A DNA stretch of 56,046 nt from a virus (IMGVR_UViG_3300032281_000106:1-56046), one strand, 5' to 3'. Numbered from the stretch's first letter, positions 36,512-46,276 are shown. The notes: generated from the sequence alone by a model not told the origin. Translations and numbers: made by a program.

Positions 36512-39040
36512 TTAACGTGGATTGGGGTTGATACCAGTGCCTGTTGAGACACCGATTCTTTCGCCAGTTGCTACCTCTAGGGCAGCAAGCTGCTTGGCTG
36601 TTTGGTTGTCGGACTCGTTCATCTCGAGGCGGGCGCGGATCTGGGCCTGTGTGCGCTGGTCTTCTGCCTCTTGACGCAGCTGCTCGATCTGAAGCTGCAT
36701 CTGCAAGGTCTCGATGCGAGACTGAATCTCGGCCTGCTTGTCCATGCTGCGTTGCTGCATATCGGCTTGTTTGAGCTGGGCATCTTGAGCCAGTTTGGCT
36801 TGCTGAGTTTGCGCTGTTGCCTGGTCCTTGGCCTGCTGGTTCTGCAACTGCTGCTCGGCGATCTTGACAGACGGATCCTGTGGAGGTGGAGGCTGCATTT
36901 GCTGCAACATCTGAATGGCTTGCTCGATGATCTGCGGGATCTGGCCAAAAGCTTCCTGGCTCTGCTTGGTCACGACCTGGCTTGTTGTGGCCAGCAGCTT
37001 GTCAAGCGATTGCTTCTCTTCGGTTGTTGCGTCCTTCTGGATCTCGCCAATGTCAACTTGGGCAGCTTCTGAGGCTTCGTTGTACACCTGAGTCGCGTAC
37101 CAAAGGACCATGTGCTCTTTGATGTGGTCAAGCATCATAGGAATAAATGCAGGGCCAATGGCCTTGTTGTTGCCGAACATCGGGTTGGTCAGGAAGTCAA
37201 GGTGGACTTGTAGGTGAGCCAAGTGATCTTGCTCAGGGAATGCGACGATTGGCCGGCGCATTGTGGCAGCGACGTTCTCGTTGACTGCGTTCAGCTCCAA
37301 TGGCTTCGGTGCAGGCAGCAGCAGGTCCTTGCCTTGAGGAACCTTCAAGCGCTCAAGGAACATGACTTCAACCTTGCGGAGATCGTACAGCTGAGGCATC
37401 TCTTTGGCTCGCTGCATGACGGCCTGCACTTGAGCAAAGCGTTGGGCTTCACTGAAGATGTTGGGGTCACTGACTGGCACAACGTTCATTGGGCCTTCAA
37501 AGTCGCTACGCTTAACCAACAGCTCGCCTGTCTCGTCGTAGACCTCGGCTTCGGTCAAGTAAGTCTTGTTCAGGCGGAACAGCAGCTTCAGCACACGGCC
37601 CATGGAGTCGTGCAGACGCGCATGGATCGCTGAGAACACAACCATGCCTTGCTCGATGCGGGCTAAGGTGGTTCCGACTGGCGTATTGGCATTTGTGTCG
37701 GCCAGTTCTTCAAATGTCGTGCGGACAACGTTCTGGCTAGCATCAACCAAGAAGCCGAGCAACTGGAACAAGACTGCGCTTGGTGGGTTGTAAGGCATTG
37801 GCATGAGCATCTTGCGGATGTCATCTTGGCCAAACGAACCCTCGATCTCTTTCACTTCGGTTGGATCAACACGGTCTGTCTGACCGCCTGTTCCCGACTT
37901 AAGCTTTAGCAAGCCCGGGAAGTTGTTGATGTGGGCAGAGTCTAACAAAGCACGCAAAGCACCTGTTGCAGCGGCACTTAGACCGCCAATCATGTGCGTC
38001 AAGCCAATCGGGTAAGCACCACGCCAAGGCACGAATGGGAATTCAACCATCCATTGCATCTCTTGCTTGGTGTCGTCGTTCTCTTCCCAGTTGCGATAGA
38101 TGGACAGCACGTTCTGGGTTGCCTTGTCCAGGCTGATGATGTAAGGTGCCAAGCCATACTTGTCATCGAAGTCATGGATGATGTAGCATTCGTAGGTTGT
38201 GCGCAGACCGTCAATGTTGTAGCTATCGGTCTGGCGGCCTTCAATCTTGTTGTTAGCTGTCTCGGCCTTTGATTCTTCAGGAGGCAGCGGACTGGCCATC
38301 AGGTCCACGTCCATGTACATACCAGACTCAACACGCTTCTGATACTCAATGCGAGTCAAGTACTGCACATGAGTCTTGCGCTCAGACGAGTAAAAGTTCG
38401 TTGCAGCAAAGGGCAAGTACACGTCGTCAATTGCCACGAACTGTGGAACAGGACGCTTCTTGTTTGCATCCCAAGTGATCTTGAGATACTGACCGCCGCC
38501 CAATGGCAACTGTGTGGACAGCTGCTCAAGCTCAGACCTAAACTCAGGCATCTGTTGAGTCATCTGCCAATTCATGAACTTGACAAGTCGCTCGGCCTTT
38601 TCTTGCTTCTCAAGGGTAACTTCACCAATGATCTTGTCTTTGGCTGGACCGTCTGGTGGGAAGAGTTCTTTCATGACGCGGGCTGAGAAGTCCACGCATC
38701 CTTGAGTCAGCATTGGGTGCACGACCTTGCTGGCTCCAGTGAACGATGCGCCGCCTGGGGCATCATCACCAAGGCCTGTACGACGCAGACCTTCTTCATA
38801 CTGTTCATCCCGCTTCTTGCGGGCTTCTTTGTCTTTTTCTAAGATGTCGCAGAGTTCAGAGCCAAGGTTTGCGAGCTTCCAACTCGGCATCGTCTCAGCA
38901 AGGTTAGCGTAAAACTCGGATTCAGCTGGTGTTGGCGAGTCGTCAATGGTGACCATTGCACCACCGTCCTCGGTATCACGGACCTTGGAGTCATCCTCAA
39001 CCTCGTACATCTCGCCGTATTCTTGTTCGTTTTCAGCCAT
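36512..39040 (-). CDS. Portal protein
   Basis: 842 aa after TerL; GASKVVHPML, ELFPPDGP, YPIGLTHMIGGL...LRALLDSA, PVGTTLA, PVSDPNIFS; coiled-coil C-terminal barrel. Confidence 0.85.
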   Translation of the reverse strand: MAENEQEYGEMYEVEDDSKVRDTEDGGAMVTIDDSPTPAESEFYANLAETMPSWKLANLGSELCDILEKDKEARKKRDEQYEEGLRRTGLGDDAPGGASFTGASKVVHPMLTQGCVDFSARVMKELFPPDGPAKDKIIGEVTLEKQEKAERLVKFMNWQMTQQMPEFRSELEQLSTQLPLGGGQYLKITWDANKKRPVPQFVAIDDVYLPFAATNFYSSERKTHVQYLTRIEYQKRVESGMYMDVDLMASPLPPEESKAETANNKIEGRQTDSYNIDGLRTTYECYIIHDFDDKYGLAPYIISLDKATQNVLSIYRNWEENDDTKQEMQWMVEFPFVPWRGAYPIGLTHMIGGLSAAATGALRALLDSAHINNFPGLLKLKSGTGGQTDRVDPTEVKEIEGSFGQDDIRKMLMPMPYNPPSAVLFQLLGFLVDASQNVVRTTFEELADTNANTPVGTTLARIEQGMVVFSAIHARLHDSMGRVLKLLFRLNKTYLTEAEVYDETGELLVKRSDFEGPMNVVPVSDPNIFSEAQRFAQVQAVMQRAKEMPQLYDLRKVEVMFLERLKVPQGKDLLLPAPKPLELNAVNENVAATMRRPIVAFPEQDHLAHLQVHLDFLTNPMFGNNKAIGPAFIPMMLDHIKEHMVLWYATQVYNEASEAAQVDIGEIQKDATTEEKQSLDKLLATTSQVVTKQSQEAFGQIPQIIEQAIQMLQQMQPPPPQDPSVKIAEQQLQNQQAKDQATAQTQQAKLAQDAQLKQADMQQRSMDKQAEIQSRIETLQMQLQIEQLRQEAEDQRTQAQIRARLEMNESDNQTAKQLAALEVATGERIGVSTGTGINPNPR

Positions 39041-39052
39041 TCAATACTCCGG

Positions 39053-40528
39053 TTAGATCGCGTAAGGGTTCACAAGCCTTGGCTTGCTGTCCCGTTCAAT
39101 TTTGTCTGGCACTTTTCTGGTGACTGAGAGACTATTGCGGTCAGCAAGCAATCTAAGTGCTTGAGTCGTTGAATCCACAAAGTCGTCATGCTTAATCGAT
39201 CCTTCACCATAAAAGCTACACAGCTGCGAGATTAAAGGGTCAGCCCAAGAACGAGGGTTCCCAGGCCGTTTATCAGATTCTACCACCCAAATGAATCCGT
39301 GTGCAAATAAATGCGAGACCGCGTGCAAGCGCTGCAGCTTATCTGCGCGGCCAGGATTGTAAGGATACGCCAGGATGTCCTCACGAGCCAGCATCTGACG
39401 CAGGCTGATACCAGATCCTTTGTCCTCGATGATCATCAGATCAGGCGACTTGCCACCGAACATCGATTGCTTTGGACCAATCAGCGGCTTGATCATGGGC
39501 CTAAAGTCCTCGTCGCCGTACCGGACAGCCCATTCTTTCTTGACCCGTTCGATCAGACCAGGCAGCCCAAGGTGGTCTTGCCAGCAGTCGAGCAGCAGGA
39601 AGGCCGGCTTCTTGTCATGGCGAAAGACACCCCAGACCGAGCACGCGGTTGGATCGGGGTCATGGCTCTTGCGGTCAATAGACTTCTCCGTGAACGCCGT
39701 GTCAAGGCTCATGACGATGTACTCAAGAGGCGGCAAGGGCTTGTCGGCTGGCCAGAGCTTGAACCAGCTTCGCTTGATGATGCCGGTCTCTTCTGGGTCA
39801 ATAACCTCGGCGTGGATCTCTTGTCGTCCAAGCTGCGTGCCTTCGTACTGTGTGATCTCAGCAAGGAAGGACTTTGCAAGGTTCGCTGCGTTGTCATAGG
39901 TAGACCCTCGAGTGACGTGAATCCGGCTGTTCTTCTTGGCAGCATCCTTGAGCAGCTTACGCACAAGCTCAATGGGCTTAGGAGTCGTGGTGATGACGAC
40001 CCGTGGATCCTCGCCAAGGCGCAGACCGAATCGCATCATGTCCCATGTCTCTTCAACGTATTGCCAAGCAGCCAGCTCATCGCACCAGACTCGGTGGAAC
40101 TGTGGACCGCGCAAACGACTAGGCTCCTCAGCTGAGAAGCCGCGGATCGATGACCCGTTCTTCAAGGTGATCTCGCCAATGGATCTGTTGTAGTTCTCAA
40201 CCAGGTAATGCGGGATGACGCCCATGATCCCCGATTCACCCTCAAAGCAAACGCCTCTGATGTCACCTGATGTTGGTGCAATGACCCCGCATCTAACGCC
40301 TGGGTTGTCTGCTGCATAGTTCGCTATGTCTTCGGCTCCTGTTCTTGTCTTGCCAAACCCACGACCAGCCAAGATCAACCAGATGCCCCAATCACCATCA
40401 GGCGTCATCTGTTGCTCACGTGCCGTGGCTTTCCATTTAAGCTTCCAGGCAAGATGAGCAAGGTCCTCCAGTTCCAGCACCGCAAGGTTTGACTGGATGG
40501 TGGTCAGCTCTGACTTTGACAGGATCAT
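39053..40528 (-). CDS. terL: Terminase large subunit
   Basis: AGRGFGKT Walker A, LRGPQF..WCDELAAW Walker B, TTTP, SLDTA, IEDKGSG, HDDFVDSTTQAL. Confidence 0.95.
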   Translation of the reverse strand: MILSKSELTTIQSNLAVLELEDLAHLAWKLKWKATAREQQMTPDGDWGIWLILAGRGFGKTRTGAEDIANYAADNPGVRCGVIAPTSGDIRGVCFEGESGIMGVIPHYLVENYNRSIGEITLKNGSSIRGFSAEEPSRLRGPQFHRVWCDELAAWQYVEETWDMMRFGLRLGEDPRVVITTTPKPIELVRKLLKDAAKKNSRIHVTRGSTYDNAANLAKSFLAEITQYEGTQLGRQEIHAEVIDPEETGIIKRSWFKLWPADKPLPPLEYIVMSLDTAFTEKSIDRKSHDPDPTACSVWGVFRHDKKPAFLLLDCWQDHLGLPGLIERVKKEWAVRYGDEDFRPMIKPLIGPKQSMFGGKSPDLMIIEDKGSGISLRQMLAREDILAYPYNPGRADKLQRLHAVSHLFAHGFIWVVESDKRPGNPRSWADPLISQLCSFYGEGSIKHDDFVDSTTQALRLLADRNSLSVTRKVPDKIERDSKPRLVNPYAI

Positions 40529-40851
40529 TTGCCGCCAGCGTTCAACTTGCCAATGAGGTCGGTGATCTGACCAACAAGCTCGAGCCTTGCTTCAATGGGT
40601 CCGCCATCAGGTCCGGTGATCTCGACCGACTTCTTCTTGGCGTGACCGTACTGCACGAGTTCCTTCAAGCAATCCTTACGGACCAAGAGGTCGTGTTTAG
40701 GGTCAAAAGCCATCTCTGCCAATGCCTCGAGAGGATCTCCATGCTTCTCGACGATGCGGTCGAAGATCTCTTGGCGGTTGACATCGCGTTTGTTTGGTGT
40801 GCCAGCCTTGCGGCCGGATCCAGCAGGCTTGACGCCTTTCTGAAATGCCAT
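40525..40851 (-). CDS. terS: Terminase small subunit
   Basis: F.KG...GSGRKAGTPNK N-terminus, EITGPDGGPIE C-terminus, overlaps terL. Confidence 0.8.
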   Translation of the reverse strand: MAFQKGVKPAGSGRKAGTPNKRDVNRQEIFDRIVEKHGDPLEALAEMAFDPKHDLLVRKDCLKELVQYGHAKKKSVEITGPDGGPIEARLELVGQITDLIGKLNAGGK

Positions 40852-40881
40852 TGCAGTGCTCCTTGTTTCTAAGTTGCTTCT

Positions 40882-40911
40882 ATTGTAGATCGGACTGCGA
40901 GATCACGTAAA
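40882..40911 (-). promoter_or_regulatory. Candidate sigma70-like promoter for the morphogenesis operon
   Basis: TTTACG-N18-TACAAT upstream of the terS RBS. Confidence 0.45.
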
Positions 40912-40920
40912 CAGGCGACC

Positions 40921-41086
40921 CAAATTCCCTATAGAGTGTTTTCTAGACCATAACAGAGTGTATTGATACACTTAAAATCAATTCTTACTATCGTTCGCTC
41001 GTCAAAAGAGGAGATCCCCGTGTCTGCAAAAAGGTTGTATTGATACACTCTGTTTAGCCTAAAAATATCATCTATAGCTTTTTTGG
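40921..41086. repeat. ~165 bp inverted-repeat element (copy B)
   Basis: Shares tccctatagagtg, ccataacagagtgtat, ttaaaatcaattct, tcgttcgctcg, tacactctgtt, tcatctatagc with 1996-2159. Confidence 0.85.
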
Positions 41087-41105
41087 TCTCCCTGGCTCCC
41101 GAACA

Positions 41106-41141
41106 TAGCATAACTTGCACAGAATATCGTATAATCTAACT
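41106..41141 (+). promoter_or_regulatory. Candidate promoter for the plus-strand gene pair
   Basis: TATAAT at 41130-41135 followed by CTAACT, as in promoter copy 1 (TAGAAT CTAACT); weak -35. Confidence 0.45.
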
Positions 41142-41166
41142 TCAACAACTTGGAAGGAACCATGCC

Positions 41167-41799
41167 ATGAGCTACATCATCGCCAGTCTGCCGCCATTGA
41201 AGTGTTTTGTGCGGCGAGAATTCCTGTACAACCACACCAAGGGCCATGGAGAGTTAGAGCCGGCCATCTGGGTAAGCATCAAGGCGCTGCGCGGTCAGGT
41301 CTTCCGCATTGAATCCTTGCTGCCCAATTACGGTGCCTTGTACGACAAGCTGCCGATCCATGCTTACGTTTGGAAAGAGGACCACGGAGACTTGCCCATC
41401 GACGCCTTGCAGCTATGGGATTGCATGGGTTATCGCTTCACGGTCTGCGAGAAGATTGGCCTTCGAAACCTTGGAGTCAAGTTCCTTGGTAAGGACAAGC
41501 AATGGCACCATGGCCGCTACCTGTTCACCGTGGACTTCTGTGCTGACGGCATGGACAGCGATACAGGTTTCACGGAGCAAGCTGAGGAGCACAAGAGCTT
41601 CAACTTCATCCGCTTGGACAACGGTCAGTTCGCCACGCAGCCTAACAACCGCTGCTTGTGGTATGACCAGAGCCTCATCCCGGCTGACGTCAAGTTCCCA
41701 GACTTCCAGGCAGCCAAGGACTTTTACACCGTCGACGGAACCCGTAAGTGGTCCGCTGGCGAAGATTGGTTTTATAGCATCGAGGAGAAAACAGCATGA
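41167..41799 (+). CDS. Hypothetical phage protein
   Basis: 210 aa, aromatic-rich (YGALYDKLPIHA, LQLWDC, YLFTVD, EHKSFN..LDNGQFA.QPNNR). Confidence 0.75.
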   Translation: MSYIIASLPPLKCFVRREFLYNHTKGHGELEPAIWVSIKALRGQVFRIESLLPNYGALYDKLPIHAYVWKEDHGDLPIDALQLWDCMGYRFTVCEKIGLRNLGVKFLGKDKQWHHGRYLFTVDFCADGMDSDTGFTEQAEEHKSFNFIRLDNGQFATQPNNRCLWYDQSLIPADVKFPDFQAAKDFYTVDGTRKWSAGEDWFYSIEEKTA

Positions 41800-42236
41800 G
41801 CCGTCCTATTGAAGCAACATCCCCATTGGACCTTGATACCGTCAAGATCATCGTCTGGGCCAGCGAGTATGGCACAGGGCAGCCGAACATCAGCCGCTTG
41901 TACGACAAGGAGGCTTCTGATGGCTTAGACCTTAGCCGTGGCACCTTCTTCAATGCCGTCAAGGGTCGCAAGGTCACGCAGCAAGTCATTGACAAGATCG
42001 ACGAGTTGATCGCGATCAAGGGCTGGAGGGCCAAGTGGCTGGAGCATTGCCGCGAAGAGCACAAGAAGCGCGTGATTCGTGCCTTTGAGAGTCCACCAGC
42101 CTACTGCTCTGTGTGCGGTCATGGCTGCCCTAACTGTGGACCGTCAAAGTCTGAGCAGCGTCGTAAGGCCGTCTTCGGTTACCTCAAGATGGATCCCACA
42201 GACCTTGGCTGCAAGGTGCGTGATCACGAGGAATAA
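41796..42236 (+). CDS. Hypothetical protein, possible HTH + Zn finger
   Basis: 146 aa; LSRGTFFNAVKG, CSVCGHGCPNC; ATGA overlap. Confidence 0.65.
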   Translation: MSRPIEATSPLDLDTVKIIVWASEYGTGQPNISRLYDKEASDGLDLSRGTFFNAVKGRKVTQQVIDKIDELIAIKGWRAKWLEHCREEHKKRVIRAFESPPAYCSVCGHGCPNCGPSKSEQRRKAVFGYLKMDPTDLGCKVRDHEE

Positions 42237-42261
42237 AAAAAGAGGGCTCAAAGGCCCTCTT
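42235..42261 (-). terminator. Terminator between convergent genes
   Basis: AGAGGGC-N6-GCCCTCT with A-run on the plus strand (U-tract for minus-strand transcripts). Confidence 0.75.
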
Positions 42262-42286
42262 AAAACTTCATGGCAACCGGCAACTG

Positions 42287-42562
42287 CTATTGTCGGCCAT
42301 TTATTGTAGTGTCTCTGAGGGCCATGGTCAACACTTCAATGTCCATTTTCAGCTTTTTATTTTCAGCCTCCATGTTACCTAGTAAAAGATCTAGCTCCCT
42401 GGCGTCAGTCGAAACGTTTCTGCTGCGGAGGTCCGCCAGCTCATCAACGAGGGCATCTAGGTCCTTTTTCTTCACAACTACATAATCATCTACTGCGCTG
42501 AGTTCTGTGTTGATCTGGGGCTCATCTCGTAAGCCCAGGGTACGTTTAATCCACTGCTTCAT
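42287..42562 (-). CDS. Hypothetical coiled-coil protein
   Basis: Start MKQWIK after GAGGAGG. Confidence 0.6.
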   Translation of the reverse strand: MKQWIKRTLGLRDEPQINTELSAVDDYVVVKKKDLDALVDELADLRSRNVSTDARELDLLLGNMEAENKKLKMDIEVLTMALRDTTINGRQ

Positions 42563-42773
42563 CGCCATCCTCCTCAGGTAGTTCATCAAGTAGTTCTTCT
42601 TCGCAGCAATCACTGACCTCGACCAGTCGGATGTCTACGCCGGTCGCCCCCCAATACTCGTAGCTGCCGATTCCTTCGTCAATGACCGTGCGGCTGCATT
42701 CTTTTAGGCAGCAAGAGCAGTACCAAGTCGAGTCACGGCCATCCTCGATCTGCCGTTTACGCCAGCCACTCAT
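42546..42773 (-). CDS. Small Cys-rich hypothetical protein
   Basis: WYCSCC...GIGSYEYWG...SDCC. Confidence 0.65.
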   Translation of the reverse strand: MSGWRKRQIEDGRDSTWYCSCCLKECSRTVIDEGIGSYEYWGATGVDIRLVEVSDCCEEELLDELPEEDGDEAVD

Positions 42774-43216
42774 AGCTCCTCCTCAAAGTGCCGCTCCAGA
42801 CCGTGCGCTTTAACAAAGCCCATGTAGTCATAGTCCGTGATGCCAACGCCTCTGCTACTGACCACTGCCGTCGTAAACAGCATCATGGTCCAGCCAGCTT
42901 CTTGCCCAGTCATATCTTCTTTCGGCACAAACTTGTAGTACCGCATGCCATCATGCAGCTTGATGTCGCCGACCGGCATCTTAGTCTTGGCGAAAGTGTA
43001 TTGATCGCTGGTGGGTTGAGCCAAGTCTTCTGCCGTGGTTCCGTTAAACCCGTGTGTTGGTACTGTCATCTCGATTCCCTTCAATAGTTTCCAAGCGCTC
43101 CAAACGAGCAATAAAAATCCGACTGCTGCCAGCCAGTGCGTATGAAGGATCCAACCGTCTGCCAAGACAGCGACCCATCCAAGTCCGTTTAAGACACCGT
43201 GCTGGAAGACATTCAT
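42770..43216 (-). CDS. Hypothetical membrane protein
   Basis: Start MNVFQH (ATGA overlap); N-terminal hydrophobic segments. Confidence 0.6.
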   Translation of the reverse strand: MNVFQHGVLNGLGWVAVLADGWILHTHWLAAVGFLLLVWSAWKLLKGIEMTVPTHGFNGTTAEDLAQPTSDQYTFAKTKMPVGDIKLHDGMRYYKFVPKEDMTGQEAGWTMMLFTTAVVSSRGVGITDYDYMGFVKAHGLERHFEEEL

Positions 43217-43383
43217 CTGTCGATGAACAGGCACTCATGCTGGTGCCTGATCCCCTTGGAGTCTACATAAGTCTCACCGCAACCAGCTGCCCATTCAAGC
43301 AGCATCATGACAAAGAAGCCGATGAAGACCAGGCCAATGACGGCTTGCAGCAACCACATTCCAAACATCTTCAGGTATTTCAT
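43213..43383 (-). CDS. 56-aa membrane protein (not in ORF track)
   Basis: MKYLKMFGMWLLQAVIGLVFIGFFVMMLLEWAAGCGETY...HECLFIDR; ATGA overlaps at both ends. Confidence 0.7.
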   Translation of the reverse strand: MKYLKMFGMWLLQAVIGLVFIGFFVMMLLEWAAGCGETYVDSKGIRHQHECLFIDR

Positions 43384-44123
43384 GCGTACTCCTTGTGAAA
43401 GATGACTTGCAGCATGTGCTTCAGTTCGCTGACACCGCCGTTGCAGTAGTGCAGGTTGGGATGCTTGCGATACTTAGCTTGGACCGAGTGATTGATGAAC
43501 TTGGTCATCAGAATTGTATGGTCCTTGTTGAATGTATAGTGACTGACGGCTTGTTCGGCAGTGGCGAATGTGTAGTCAAGGTCTGGCTTATAGTTCTTGA
43601 TGGTCTCCATCTGGCAGCCATTCAGTCCAATGATCAAGACGGTCGGACGCTTCTTGACCGGCTGCTTGCGGATGGTTAACTTCTCAAGGTGGGCATCTAG
43701 CCAACCTCTTTCAAGGATGGGTTGTGATTCCTCTACCTTTGGCTGCTCTGCCTGCTGCTTAGCTGCAATCATCTTATCCATGATCCGGTCAGCAAGGGCA
43801 TCGATAAATAGTTCAAAGACTTCGCCAAGTGTGTCAAGCCTCTTGACTGGCTCAGGGGCAACCACGGGCGGTGGCGTCGGTGCAGGCTTTGGCTTGCTAG
43901 TGTTTTGGCGGTGCTTCTCTGCTGTTGCCCGCGCCTCATTGATCAAGGCCTTGTAAGCAAAAACCTTTTGGTCGCTGATCTTGTGGCGGCGCTCGTACGG
44001 TATGACTTCCTCTTGTGCATTGAGTAGCAAGCCTTTGTTAGTCATCATCGGAGTCACGAAGCAGATGTCAATCATGCAATCGCGCAACGCACGCTTTTCT
44101 TCTTTTGTCCATACTATTCTCAT
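43380..44123 (-). CDS. Hypothetical protein with C-terminal DUF2325-like alpha/beta domain
   Basis: TVLIIGL...DHTILMTKFINH...YCNGGVSEL; Pro-rich linker. Confidence 0.55.
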   Translation of the reverse strand: MRIVWTKEEKRALRDCMIDICFVTPMMTNKGLLLNAQEEVIPYERRHKISDQKVFAYKALINEARATAEKHRQNTSKPKPAPTPPPVVAPEPVKRLDTLGEVFELFIDALADRIMDKMIAAKQQAEQPKVEESQPILERGWLDAHLEKLTIRKQPVKKRPTVLIIGLNGCQMETIKNYKPDLDYTFATAEQAVSHYTFNKDHTILMTKFINHSVQAKYRKHPNLHYCNGGVSELKHMLQVIFHKEYA

Positions 44124-44125
44124 GA

Positions 44126-44299
44126 TTAGATCTCCTCTTGTGCAACGATGATCTTGTAGCCAAGAGACTTGATCGCGTTGATGGTGGTTGACTTAAGTGT
44201 TTTTGTGCCAGCGATCTCAGCAAAGATCTTAGCAGTCTCGCAGACTGGATAGACAGTCTTTTGGCCGTAGACAGATGTGATGCGTACAGTAATTTCCAT
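44126..44299 (-). CDS. 57-aa hypothetical protein (not in ORF track)
   Basis: MEITVRITSVYGQKTVYPVCETAKIFAEIAGTKTL...LGYKI; AAGGAG RBS. Confidence 0.75.
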   Translation of the reverse strand: MEITVRITSVYGQKTVYPVCETAKIFAEIAGTKTLKSTTINAIKSLGYKIIVAQEEI

Positions 44300-44309
44300 G
44301 ATGATCTCC

Positions 44310-44474
44310 TTACGCCAAGTCGATCAACAAGTCAGCAATCTCGCTGATGGACATGCAGCTAAACGTGTCCATGTCTTCTGTCTCAGCAAGCTTAAATGCT
44401 TTCTTAGGAACGCGCATGCCGATCTCTTTCATTGCTGTGAGTTCGGCCAATACTGCTTTACGAATTTCGCTCAT
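44310..44474 (-). CDS. 54-aa hypothetical early protein
   Basis: Start MSEIRK after AAAGG RBS within the duplicated leader. Confidence 0.65.
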   Translation of the reverse strand: MSEIRKAVLAELTAMKEIGMRVPKKAFKLAETEDMDTFSCMSISEIADLLIDLA

Positions 44475-44527
44475 GATAAAACCTTTCTTCTTTCTTAGCA
44501 GCAGCGGAATTGCTGTGCATGGGATAG

Positions 44528-44556
44528 ATTCTAGTGTGAAACTGCGCACTGCGCGC
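44528..44556 (-). promoter_or_regulatory. Putative early promoter GCGCGC-N17-TAGAAT (copy 2)
   Basis: Exact hexamers, 17-nt spacer. Confidence 0.7.
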
Positions 44557-44600
44557 ATTCTCTGCAAAATAATTACTGGGACATTTACTAGTATTTAATT

Positions 44601-44629
44601 GCGCGCACTGCTGCACTACGCAGTAGAAT
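44601..44629 (+). promoter_or_regulatory. Putative early promoter GCGCGC-N17-TAGAAT (copy 3, divergent from copy 2)
   Basis: gcgcgc actgctgcactacgcag tagaat, then AAGGAG and ATG at 44652. Confidence 0.7.
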
Positions 44630-44651
44630 ACTACATTGAAAGGAGTTTCCA

Positions 44652-44843
44652 ATGCGTGTAACTGTAGCTAAAAAGATCGCCCAAGAGAACGGAATGTCCT
44701 TGGAGTACAACAACGACATGCGTCTGTACATCTTGAAAGACAACGAACAAGGCTGGCCTGACCAGTTCTTCCCAGGCAGTGCGCTGCGTACCATGGACAA
44801 CGACATCTTCATGTCCTTCTTCCTCCGGATCAAGGCAGACTAG
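44652..44843 (+). CDS. 63-aa hypothetical protein
   Basis: Own promoter and AAGGAG RBS. Confidence 0.7.
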   Translation: MRVTVAKKIAQENGMSLEYNNDMRLYILKDNEQGWPDQFFPGSALRTMDNDIFMSFFLRIKAD

Positions 44844-46276
44844 TTAAGCCATTCCTTCCACTCGTCTCCCAACACCTGAGATGACAGCATCTTCTTCTCG
44901 CGAAGGGCCTTGACAATCTTCTCGTCGACGCTCTTCCGGCAGATCAAGTCCACGTAGGTCACGGTATTCTTTTGGCCGATCCGGTGTGCACGGTCTTCAG
45001 ACTGCAGTCGGTGCTCAAGGTTGTAGCTGTTGCTGTAGTAGACCACGTTGGTTGCTGCCGTCAGCGTAATACCAAAGCCGCCTGTCTGAGGGTTTCCCAC
45101 GAAGTACGTGCATTCAGGGTCTGTTTGGAAGCGTCTGACTGCCTCCTGTCTGTTCTCATTGGATGTGTCACCATAGTAGGACACGATCGACTTCTTGCCA
45201 AACTCTTCTTGCAGCCTTGCTTCGATGTCCTTGATGTCTGACCTGTAGTTGGCCCAGATGATGACCTTGCCAGATGCCTCTTCAAGCACCTCCATCAGGG
45301 CTTTCATCCGATTGTTCTCAATGGGAATAACCTCTCCATCGTCCGTTGTGAGGTGGCCGCACACCAACTGGTGGAGCCGAAGCAGCTTTGTAAGTACGAT
45401 CGGTGCCGAGACCAGTTGGCCATCCAGTTCAGCCATAGCCTTCTCGCGAAGAGACTTGTAGTGTTTCTTCTGCTCGTCCGTAAGTTCCACCTCGTAGTAC
45501 TGGTAGATCTTCTCAGGTAGATCGAGACACTCAAGCTTGGTTCGCCGTGAGGACCACTTCTGAATCGACTTGGTAAGTTCATCGAGGTTCTTGAAGCCTT
45601 TGACCTTAGTGAACGCGCGGTTACCTGCTGTGATCTTGACCATCTCTGCATACTTTGCCCTGAATGTGTAGAAGCTGGTGAAGCCCAGCAAATGGGGGTT
45701 GAGGAACCAGGCCTGACTGAACAGGTCTAGCGGATTGTTGGTCACTGGAGACCCTGTCAGGATGCGGCGGTAGTCGGCCTTGCGTCCAATCTTCACTGCT
45801 GCCTTCGTACGCTTGGCATCCCTGTTCTTGATGGTCGTAGATTCGTCAATCACCATCAGCGTCCGGTGGCAGTTGACAAACGACTCGGCGATCTTGTAGC
45901 TGCGATCAAATGCCAAGGCTTCGATGTTCATGACAAAGATCTTGAGCGGCTCCAATGGCGTCAGCAGTAGGTCGTAGCTCTTCTTGAGTTCGGTGCCGGC
46001 TGCCGAGTCCCAATAGGTTCCTACCCACTGAATGTAGTCAGGCATGTGCTCAGGCAGCTCCTTGGTCACCCAGTTGCGGTATGAACCCTTGTTGCCCAAG
46101 ATGAACACAGCATTGATCTTGCCTGTCGCATATAGCCATGCAGCCGTGTCAACCGTGGTCTTAGACTTGCCAAGGCCCATCTCCCAAAACAGGGCGTATT
46201 CGTCCATGTCCCTGCTAAGCAGGAAGTCTGCGTCTTGATGCTCGAACGGCTTGGTCTTGTATTTGTAGTCAATCAT
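44840..46276 (-). CDS. SNF2-like SF2 helicase
   Basis: EMGLGKS, VIDEST, LTGSP, KLLRLHQ, GGFGITLT, QSEDRAHRIGQ. Confidence 0.9.
   Translation of the reverse strand: MIDYKYKTKPFEHQDADFLLSRDMDEYALFWEMGLGKSKTTVDTAAWLYATGKINAVFILGNKGSYRNWVTKELPEHMPDYIQWVGTYWDSAAGTELKKSYDLLLTPLEPLKIFVMNIEALAFDRSYKIAESFVNCHRTLMVIDESTTIKNRDAKRTKAAVKIGRKADYRRILTGSPVTNNPLDLFSQAWFLNPHLLGFTSFYTFRAKYAEMVKITAGNRAFTKVKGFKNLDELTKSIQKWSSRRTKLECLDLPEKIYQYYEVELTDEQKKHYKSLREKAMAELDGQLVSAPIVLTKLLRLHQLVCGHLTTDDGEVIPIENNRMKALMEVLEEASGKVIIWANYRSDIKDIEARLQEEFGKKSIVSYYGDTSNENRQEAVRRFQTDPECTYFVGNPQTGGFGITLTAATNVVYYSNSYNLEHRLQSEDRAHRIGQKNTVTYVDLICRKSVDEKIVKALREKKMLSSQVLGDEWKEWLN

Noticed and set aside
1068-40872. Many long plus-strand ORFs (e.g. 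1068-1865, 2642-3364, 5336-6214, 27063-27728, 39311-40135)
   Set aside because: They lie antisense to well-supported minus-strand genes, lack motifs and RBSs, and are expected from codon bias
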